This document shows, in pieces, positions 33,786 through 44,246 of a stretch of DNA of 45,957 bases (positions are counted from its first letter, which is position 1; each line of letters begins with the position of its first letter). The position numbers were made by a program, and so were the translations under genes. The stretch covers positions 1 to 45,957 of the forward strand of contig MEDY01000362.1 in NCBI GenBank assembly GCA_001724265.1, in the 5' to 3' direction. The notes under the pieces were generated by a model. The model did not search any database, had not been told where the DNA came from, and saw nothing but the letters and a program-made list of their open reading frames with translations. Source of the stretch: Rhizaria sp. SCN 62-66 (Eukaryota).

Positions 33786-36428
33786 TCAGCTCTGCCACTC
33801 CTTCTTAAGAGAAAAGTAACTGTGGTATTGCCTTGCAGTTTGCTGACCCTTTGCAAAGGCCTTCACGGTCTTCGGTTCTTTCGCATTTTTTAGCACGTTG
33901 ATGAGTTCTGGAAGCTCTTGAACCGGTTCAGTCTTAAGATCTTTGAGATATCCTAAGATTGTTAATGACACATTTTTTTCGAACTCTGGTGCCTGCTGCG
34001 TCTCTATGGAGTGAAATGGCTGACACTGCAACGTACCAGTGGTAATCATATCCACAATAACTTCCTTAGAGGGGATTTTGAGCTTAGTCTTGGTCACTAA
34101 ACTAATTACGCTTGTTAAGTTATCTTTTAAGATTGCATCATGGAACGCAACCGGATCAGTTACAGCTTTTAAGGCATAACGGAAGCTGCCTTGAACAGCT
34201 TTGGAAATACTTCTTACCTCGGTGAAACCCAGAGTATTGAGCCCTGTGATAATCTCGTTATATGACCAGGCATACGACCATAACGGAATGACGCAGATGT
34301 CTTTCGGCATACAGTCATGCTTTACCAGATTAACGCAGTTGTGACTTATTTTAGGAGAGGTCGTAATTACATTGGTTGCCTTATTCATCAGGCTGTAGAT
34401 AGGACTCAATTCACCCTTTTCGTCGGAATCAAAAAGATACACCGTATTCCACTTTAATAACATAACCTTTGCTCCGTTCTCGTCTAAACGTTCCACAGTG
34501 CCACTGCCGTTACGGTACAGATCAATGTCATTCCTTGGCATGTGACAAATGACATCCATTCCGAACTCAAAAAGCGCGACATACCATATGAGGTTGAGCA
34601 TAACTGATTTCCCAATGCCAGGCGGGCCGCTCACAACAAACTGCCTCCCGAACTCTTCGTGTCCAAACTCCGTGTGTTTAAAACCCGCATGGATTAACTT
34701 AGACACGCCCAGTTGAACCAAGATAGTCTTGTAAAGATGATAGTGTGACACCCGCAACATCAACAAACGAACGGCTTCAGAGTTGTAACCTGTGCCTCCA
34801 AAGGGAAAGTGGGGCATGGTGTCGGTGCTATTTGGGTTCTCAGGGACCTCAAGGATCTGAAAGACTTTGTTCTCACCCGTAGCATCATTAACAGTCCCCC
34901 ATTTCATATTAGGCTGCAACATGGCGAACGTTGCAAAGTTAACTTTGACTTCAGTTAAATGCTTAAGCAATTTAAGTTCCGTAATTTCCTTCAGCTCTGC
35001 TTCGGTTGCACTCCGCTGATTCTAACGCAGCTATGCCTCAGCCATCTTACGTTCGCCAACAGCCCACTGAAACATATCATTCGCATGACGCAACGTCTTT
35101 TGTGCAGCACGCAGTTGCGCTTTGGTGCTCTGAAGAATCTTGATTTGAGCCGGCAGCAGCCCGTTATGGTTGATTGGCAGCGTTTTCATTCTGAGTTCAG
35201 CATCAGTCACTTTGATCTTGGCCGTCACCACATTGTGCTTTTGTTCCGCCTCTCGGAACACATCTTGCGCCAGTTGGCGCTTATCCTTGGCCAATTGTAA
35301 CTAGGCATTGACCTTCCTGTGCTGGGCCTTGGCCACGGTATACTAGTATTGATATGTCAAAAGGTCCGACTGTGAACCTACTTTTTCAGGTTTGGGTGCG
35401 CTTGTGTTCACTACAGCTTCAGCAACGTCCATCAACTGCTTAGCTTCTTCTTTACTTCGCTTCGCCTCAATACAAGCCTACTCTGCCGCAAGGGTCGCTA
35501 ACTCGGTTTCTTTCTTTGCCAGGTTGGCTTCTTCCTTCACCAACGCAGCCTTAGCCATGTCGAGTTTAGCTTGAGCGACTGTCACATCTAGTTCAGCCTT
35601 CGCCTTCTCAGCAGCAACACGGTCGCGTTCAGCTTCTGTGTAGGGTTGTGTAGTCGTAATAATCTTGACAAGCTTGGAACTCGCTGATTTGAGCTACTTT
35701 TCGCAGCGTGCAACGCTCAACATCTCCCTGTCGATAGACCTCTTTGTAATCTCGATTAGCGACTGATACCACACGCGTTCTTTTTCATTTTCTAAAAAAA
35801 GAAGAGGGAAAGCAGATTAAATGGGGTTAAATCATGTGAGGTACTCGTATACTTTAAATAACCAAGGATTAACTTTAAGAATATCCCTTAAGATCAAGTG
35901 ATGATTATAAAAGTCAACAGACAAATGTTAGAGCCTCAATGCAAACAGTAACGTACGACTCGGAGCTTTGTTCTTGTCTTTGTCTCGAGCGCTGTTGTAA
36001 CAGTGCTGTGGCGACGCGGCCGATCGCTTGACGCCACCTGTAGTAACTCTGGTCGCTGTGGCGCCCGCATCTGCCTTGCCAGCAGTGGTGAACGCGCGGG
36101 CGACGGCGCCGACCACCGGCGACGCAGCAGCTGCCAGCGTCTGCTGCGGCTGCGGCCAGATCGGCGGCGCCGAGGCCCACACTTCCGCCCGAACGCGGGC
36201 CAGCGCGGTGTTAAGTGATGGGGAGGGGTGAGGGTCCGCAGTGGGAATTGATGGAAAGGCTAGGAGAGGGGGGCTTGGAGCGGAAGAGATTGCAACGGCG
36301 GACATCTGGATGCCGACTGAGCCGGATTGGGGTCTAGGGGTGGCAGAACGACTGCAACTAGCAAGTAAAAAGGTGCAGGATGTGTGCGGTGCAATGCAAC
36401 GCATTAGACGCTTGCTAGCATATGACAT
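33786..36428 (-). CDS. Coiled-coil plus Crinkler/RHS-type P-loop NTPase protein; exons 36428-35957, 35791-33786; ~825 aa if six in-frame TAGs are read as Gln
   Basis: A phase-1 intron 35956-35792 (gtacgt...ttttttag) joins ORF 35928-36428 to a frame that runs to 33786 broken only by TAG. It encodes an Ala/Glu/Lys-rich coiled coil, then 'FVVSGPPGIGKS' (Walker A), 'VYLFD' (Walker B), 'ITTSP' and 'IPLWS', a layout typical of CRN/retrotransposon-hot-spot NTPases. Stop TGA. Confidence 0.65.
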
Positions 36429-36904
36429 TATGCCGAGCAGCGGCGATTCGGCTTGAGGGTATCATTGCGACAAGAGTTGTGCCAAGCGGTCATTTGGAGG
36501 GTTTGGAAATGAAAATGAAAACATGGAAGAATTGGCTTAGAGGTGAGATACAGCAAACGTTTATGACGTGGAAAACACAATATACAACCATTTAAACAAA
36601 CCTATATGACATTAAAACGTTCGCCTAGTTCGCTAACTGGATCTTTTAGAAGGACTTGTCGCCGCACGTTGAAAGAGCAGTAGCAGTCGTGGGCAAAGAA
36701 AAAACAAACCTGTATCGATGTGCTTTGAGGAAGGTGAATCGACAGCAGTGAAAAACTAAGCGGTGATTGTGTATTGGCCAGATCACTAAAATGGCGTGCA
36801 GGCAAACCGCGACCCTGTGTAGTTTCGAATGTGCTATGTACGTACTACAGTCAGTAATAGAAGTTTATTACTGACTCTACGTATCCATGATGTTTTTATG
36901 GACT

Positions 36905-38422
36905 TCACGCGATAAAGGGGATGCGAGTGGGCACGCGAGCGCGGTAGTCCCGGTACTCCTGGCCGAAAAACCTCTCCAGAGGCACTTCCTCGGTGCGGAT
37001 GCGGTCGTCGAAGAACTTCCACGCTACGGCGGCGTAGGCCACGGCGCAAAAGGGGTTCAGCAGCATGACTTGGAGTCCAACGGCCCAGAAGAACCAGCCG
37101 CAGTAGCTATAGACACACAGAGAGAGTATGGCATGTTAGATCTTATCAAATTTACATAAATATTGCACGGGTTACACAAAGTTATATTATTTACGTGATA
37201 TACTGACTAAAACGCTCATAATATCAATTCATGTTGTTAGATATAAAGTTAAGTGAATATTAGATGGTTTCACTTGTAACCCCGCTCAGTTGATCTTGCC
37301 ATCCCTTTGTTCGAGGTTATAGAACAGAGATATTATTTTCTTTTCAGGTCTAGTTCACTGGACGTACGACGGGTGGCGCGAGAGCGCGTAGACCCCACTG
37401 GTCACGAGCACGTGTTCCGCGCGCTTCGAGTGCTGGATCAGGTGCGTGAAGCTGGCCCCGGCCTCCCACATCGCCAGCGACCGCATCAACTGTCCCGCTG
37501 CGGCCACGGCAGCGCCCGCCGCGGCGAGGACCGTGAGCAGGGAGAGCGTGCCGGTGGTGTCGGTGGAGGCCCGGAGCTTCCACCCGGGGCAAAGGAGCAA
37601 CTCGAGAAGGTACTCGACGACGGCGGCGCGGACGGCGTACTTCATCTCGACGGAGTCAGAGAGCAAAAACGCTACAGGTTAAAACATGCAAAAGCAAGTG
37701 AAAATAAAACATATTCACAATTGAAGGGCGTGCATTGATGAGAGAGAAATCGATTGTGAGAGCAAACGGAGCGATGAGGAAGTGGTTAAAACGAAGAGAC
37801 AGAGAGATGTATATGAGAGCATATTTCAGCATATTTCGAAAATAAAACTTGAAGCTGAAGAAACCAAGCGAAACAAGAGTGTGACATAGACACATTATTT
37901 AGATAAGACACCGTTTATGGATATGCCAACCGTACCTTTGGTGGTGAGGTCCTGCGGGTGCGCGAGGCCCTGGAGCATGAACTCACACCAGTGGAAGACG
38001 CACATCGCGAACACAAACAGCGCGATGTTCCAGTACGCGGGCCACGCGAAGGCGGCCCAGAGCGCGGAGGCCCCCACAGCGCCCAGCGCAAGCCCGGTGA
38101 GCGCGGCCTGGCCGAGCCCGCGAGGGGAATACTGTGGGCATGCGCGGAAGGGGGCGGTGAAGCGTTCCCAGGCGGCGCTGGTGTGGGACAGGCCCGGGAC
38201 CGCGAAGAGGGCGGCTAGGGCGCGCGTGGATGCTTCGCCAGTGGTGCGCAGCCCGCGCTGCGCAAGGGACATCCACGCGGGCTGTTGCGGGCGGGCGGTG
38301 GTCGCGGTGGCGGCGGCGGGGCGGGCGGAGGCAGAGGCATACTGCTGAGACTGGGACTGGTACTGCTGAGGGAAGGCGGGGGAGCCGCCGCTGTCGGAGT
38401 CGGAGTTCTCGGAGTCGGACAT
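36905..38422 (-). CDS. ICMT: Protein-S-isoprenylcysteine O-methyltransferase; exons 38422-37936, 37671-37368, 37106-36905; 330 aa
   Basis: 'FHWCEF', 'AFLLSDS', 'MRSLAMWEAGASFTHLIQ', 'HVLVTSGVYALSRHPSYCGWF' (restored across an intron) and 'RIRTEE...FFGQEYRDYRARVP'. Stop TGA. Confidence 0.92.
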
Positions 38423-38875
38423 CGGCAGAGACTCTGCGGTGTGAAGAAGTGAGAATGGGGCGCGAGGGTCACAAATGAGAAGGACAGGTCGGGTGAGCGA
38501 GTGATTGGATTGTTGTTGGTGTGACTGACGTGACAGTTTATGAGTTTATGATAGAGTTCTTTTGGGATGTAGAGGCGATAGTTTGAAATCCATTATTAGT
38601 ATAACGAAGATTTAAACTGGCCTAACATTCACACGTTATTCTACAGCATTTGACAGTCACCTCATCGCAAGCGTCGCGCGTTTTTGCATCTTAACTTCAA
38701 CGACCACTCGCTGTGTCATCGACCTGCCCGTCTTCCCTTATCTTCTCGTCTCTTCTCGTTATCTCTTGCCATCAATCAACAAAATCTCGAAGTTCTCAAA
38801 CTAACATTGATGTACCTCTATTTATATTGTTTAATTTTCCTATATGCTTTTGTATCCGAAACTTTTGTGCCTAGA

Positions 38876-39379
38876 ATGAACGGCAACCGCAGTCTCCGCG
38901 CCTCTGGCACCGACGGTTCGGACCACCAGTTCCGCCAAGTCCTTGACGCGCGCTACTCCATCATGGCCGCGAGCAAGGCTCGTCTGCAATACGTCAGCTA
39001 CGCACATTTTATTGCCGCCGCCCTGCTGCTTCTGCTGTGTTTCACCCAGCCTCTTGCCCTGGGCTTCGACTCCGGACTCGCTTTGCGGCTGCTGTGGGCC
39101 GGGCTCGTCTGCGCCACCGCGCCCTTGGGCACGCTGTACACGGCCCGCGGTGTCACGGACGCGATCGGCGGCTACATAATCGCCATGGCCGTCACCGCTG
39201 CGCTCGCCACCGTCCTCGCGCTTACCGCCCTCGCCCATAGTGAACAAGCGGGGATCGCGCCCCTGGGCGTGCACGCGCTGACGGCGGCCGTGGCGGCGGC
39301 GGGCGCGATCACGGCCAAGACCCTGCAGGCTGCCGCGGCCAAAAAGCCCACGGGCGGTGTGCGCCAGCGCGTGGCGTGA
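38876..39379 (+). CDS. JAGN1: Jagunal homolog (ER membrane protein); 167 aa
   Basis: N-terminal 'RASGTDGSDHQFRQ...RY' matches the Jagunal GTDGSD motif, followed by about four hydrophobic segments. Stop TGA. Confidence 0.8.
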   Translation: MNGNRSLRASGTDGSDHQFRQVLDARYSIMAASKARLQYVSYAHFIAAALLLLLCFTQPLALGFDSGLALRLLWAGLVCATAPLGTLYTARGVTDAIGGYIIAMAVTAALATVLALTALAHSEQAGIAPLGVHALTAAVAAAGAITAKTLQAAAAKKPTGGVRQRVA

Positions 39380-39995
39380 GCGGTGTGCATGGTTATTTGT
39401 ACATTATACACAGAGAAAAGTGAGTGTGTGACCGTGAGAAGAGAAATTACAAGTTGTTATTTTTTTTATGAAATAGAGTGAGTGAGATAGCGGTCAAATG
39501 TTGAGACTTTGATGTGGTCGTGTCAGGACTGTCCTTATCGTGTCAATATGAAGTGAATACATGAGGTAAGTTCATGCTCCAGAAGCAAAACGGTGCGCGT
39601 GATTTGATGAGTAAAAGCGACTGCTTGCTTGTTTACTTTCTCACCTCTCATGAATTAGATGAAACATTTTTCTTTATACTATCTAAATATACACTTATAC
39701 GTTTATCACATAATACCAACAATACCCAAGCAACGCGTATTCAGTATATAATCAAATCACGACTAGGAGTTGATATCAACGCACGTTTGCCTTGCTTCAC
39801 TTTGCTTTGTTTTGCTTTGCTTGTTATGCGAATAGTTACTGGCCCTCGTGTCACTCCTCATATGTCTTTTACGCACGCAGTTATATTCATGTCTGTGATA
39901 TCATCAACTTGCACAAACAGTCAAAAAGTCATTGAGAAGCTAGGCTAGTAACTCTTCGTAAGTCTTAGTCAAGCTTCAGATGAGCTTTTCCTAAC

Positions 39996-41018
39996 TCAGC
40001 AACAGCCGCCCTTGTTGGCGTCCCCGCTGCCGCCGCTGCCGCCAGCGAGGTCGACGGGCGCCATCAGGTCCACGCCGCCGCCACCCATGCCGCCGCCGCC
40101 GCTGCCGCCGCCACCGGCCGCGTCGATCTGCTCCAACGCCTTAGAAGCTAAGAGAGTGAAGACGTGCTCGACGTTTTGCGCAGTGCGGGCTGACGTCTCA
40201 ACGTACGGCATGCCGCGCGCACTGGCCCACGCGCGTGCGGCGTCAGCGGGCACCTGGCGGCGGTCCTCGCAGTCGGCCTTAGTGCCGACCAGGATGCAGT
40301 CGACGGTCGAACGCGCGTACATCTGGATGTCGCCGTACCAGATGTCGAGCGATTTGAACGTGCTTGCTTCGGTGATGTCAAACGCGATGATGACGGCGTC
40401 GCCGGAGCGGTAGTAGGAAGTGGTGACGGTGCGGAAACGCTCCTGACCGGCACAGTCCCAGAGCTAAGCAAGGGAAAGGAGGTAGAGAGTGTGTTAGCAA
40501 AAGGAGCAACAGAGTTGTGAGGTGTTGTGAGGATATATGAATGGGAAGACGAGGACTTGTTCGAACAAAATGAAAAAATATGAATAGAAAAATCACTTAT
40601 TATCATACAAGCAAGGCTGCGGTCTTAAATAGGGATAGTGCGGTCGCTTGGTGGCGGGGGGAGACTCAAAGGAATGGACATACCTGAAGGTGAACGTTGC
40701 GGCCGTGGATGACCATGGGCTTGATCTCGAAGTCGATGCCCACAGTCGACGTGTACATGTTGTCAAACGGGTCGCCCATAAAGCCCTTGAGCAGGCAACT
40801 CTTGCCGACACCTGCTCAGAGAATAGGAGGAAACAGATAAGGGGTGTTGGGGTGAGTGAATGTCACGGGCGACGAGGCCACGAGGCAAAGCGATGCAGGG
40901 TATGTAAAAAAAAAGAAGGGATTATTGCAATAAATCCATCGTCAACAAGACAGAAGAGAAACGTACCAGAATCGCCAATCAAAATGCACTTAATAACAGT
41001 CACCGGAGCTCCAGCCAT
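39996..41018 (-). CDS. Rab GTPase (divergent Rab1/Rab8-like); exons 41018-40967, 40811-40684, 40463-39996; 215 aa
   Basis: GDSGVGKS, TVGIDF, LWDCAGQERFRTVTTSYYR, GTKAD, ETSA and a C-terminal GGCC prenylation motif. Two GT-AG introns. Stop TGA. Confidence 0.9.
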
Positions 41019-41377
41019 CGTGTTATACTCCTTGCAAAGTCTCTCACAAGAATCAGACCATGACTCGTGTGACCGAGCTGACTGGCGGTGGCGAGCGACG
41101 TGTGAGCCACAGTCAAACGACCACAAATACTCAAACAGAGCGGAAAGCACCTTATACCGTAATTTATGCAGATAAATTCATGATTTCATAATACCTGACT
41201 TTTTAGACTACGTGTTTTCGGTATTGTGTCCATGTACTACTACAACATAGCAAGATGTATTCAAGGAGAGATTAGAATCTTAGATAGAGAAGAGAATCAC
41301 ACGCAACCTCATCAGTTACGAGAACGTCCGTGTCAAAAGGAAGGAGAAGAAGCAGAGGCAACAGCGCGTTGCTTACT

Positions 41378-42571
<1,194 letters not shown>

Positions 42572-43238
42572 TCAGGGCAGATTAGAGATACGTAACAAGG
42601 CACCAGAAAGGGATGACAAATGAAACGAGATACAAACAAGGCCGGACTACACGGGGAATAAAAAAACCTGTGTTTTTGTGTTGTTTGATGCGGTAAAAGC
42701 GTGCATGGCGGAGTGCAGAGACCCCACGTGATGATCAATGTCCGGCAGAGGCAGATTTCACACGAAAACCCTCTGCTCAGACGCCGCCAATAAATAAAAA
42801 ATACTCTAGCATCACTGTCCTTGCGCAATATATTCCAGTATGCAACTCTGCAACGCGCACAAGCACCAGAATACTATTTTTCGTTCCTTGACCATAAGAT
42901 TTACCACTGATCTTGGTCGACAGGCGGTCAAATGCATTTCGGCGTGGTTCGTAAAAAGTCTCCGCGGATGGAAGCTGCAACCAACTTGAAGCGAGTATAT
43001 CAAACAACATACATCGACTTAATATGAAAGTGTTATCAAGCAAAGGTTCTTTAATCGCATTATTTAAAAGACTCTAAATGCGGTTGCAAAAGTATAACTT
43101 GAGTGGATGCGGTTATTACTACTATATTCTCTATCTTTTCTCATGCGGAATAACTTGAACATTGTCGTATTCTTCAAACTTTGCGTGCTGTTCATGACGT
43201 TTCCTTGCTCTGCCATGGCCCAGCTACGTTACGGCACG

Positions 43239-43586
43239 ATGAACAAGTCCTACTTGCTCTGTCTGATTTTTGCGCTGCTTGCTGCCGCCGCGAGCGCGTC
43301 CTTCTGCGGCCCCAGCGAGCGCGAGTGCACCGTCGAGCTGCGCGGTCAAACCCACATCGCGTGCTACTCGCCCACGACGCACCGCTGCCTCGAGTCGGCG
43401 CGTATCCTTGCCCCGCGCGAGCACGATACGCGCTGCGGTGACGGCACAATTTCCTCCGAGACCCACGTGTGCCACCGCGGCGGACTCGTGTGCCCCGTGT
43501 CGAACCCCGACGTGTGCGGGTACTCATGCTACAACAGCAACGAGCTGGGCTGCAACCGTGGCGTACTGACCGTCCTGCGCCACTAA
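43239..43586 (+). CDS. Small secreted Cys-rich protein built from CBM52-like repeats; 115 aa
   Basis: Signal peptide MNKSYLLCLIFALLAAAASA. 'ACYSPTTHRC', 'CGDGTISSETHVC' and 'LVCPVSNPDVCGYSCYNSNELGCNRGVL'. GC-rich island in AT-rich flanks. Stop TAA. Confidence 0.75.
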   Translation: MNKSYLLCLIFALLAAAASASFCGPSERECTVELRGQTHIACYSPTTHRCLESARILAPREHDTRCGDGTISSETHVCHRGGLVCPVSNPDVCGYSCYNSNELGCNRGVLTVLRH

Positions 43587-44246
43587 AGCAACAGAAGTCA
43601 CACAAACGCACTAAATCCACATAGTCGACGCGTTTCTGTGTTTACATGTGCCGCAGTCGAACTCCGAAGTCGCGTTTCAAGTGGTAATGTTCGAGCAAAT
43701 AAGCCATTGATTTCACAAACGTAACGTAAAACGACAATACGACTTTGCTTTAAACGCTAGGAAGTTCAAACACAAATAAATAAACCCATTTACAAAAGCC
43801 TTTAGCTTATGAGTTTAGATTGCGAGCATCGAGCGAATCAGCATCCTTTTATTATTTGACTCTGTGCATATTGGCACCGTTTCAACATTTGTTCGTACCT
43901 GACAAGCGAGAGCTCAGCTATCCTGCATTAATTCTATTTGTAACACTTGTATAATACATGGCGTGCGTGTGTCAGTTATTTCGCGGAGATACACACATTT
44001 GTCGTGTACAGTCAAACAAGAAAATGAACTTTTCACTGTGAGCAGTACGTCGCAATGAGTCATTAAACTTGAAAGATACTTAGTAAAAATATCAAGAAAG
44101 CACGCATTATGCGATTGTATTTTGATCGAAATGTAAACAACAACTAGTCACGATATTAAGGAAAAGATACACGAATATGGACACTGCCTTGCAGTGTTAT
44201 GTTGAAATGCAGCAAGGCTGCGAAATTGTGAAGGGGGTTGGGATGT

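Noticed and set aside
30412-35696. RIP-like mutation or A-to-I editing (UAG read as Trp) as the explanation for the in-frame TAGs
   Set aside because: CpA-to-TpA mutation should also create TAA from the many intact CAA codons, and Trp does not fit poly-Gln or QS-repeat contexts. Not formally excluded without RNA data.
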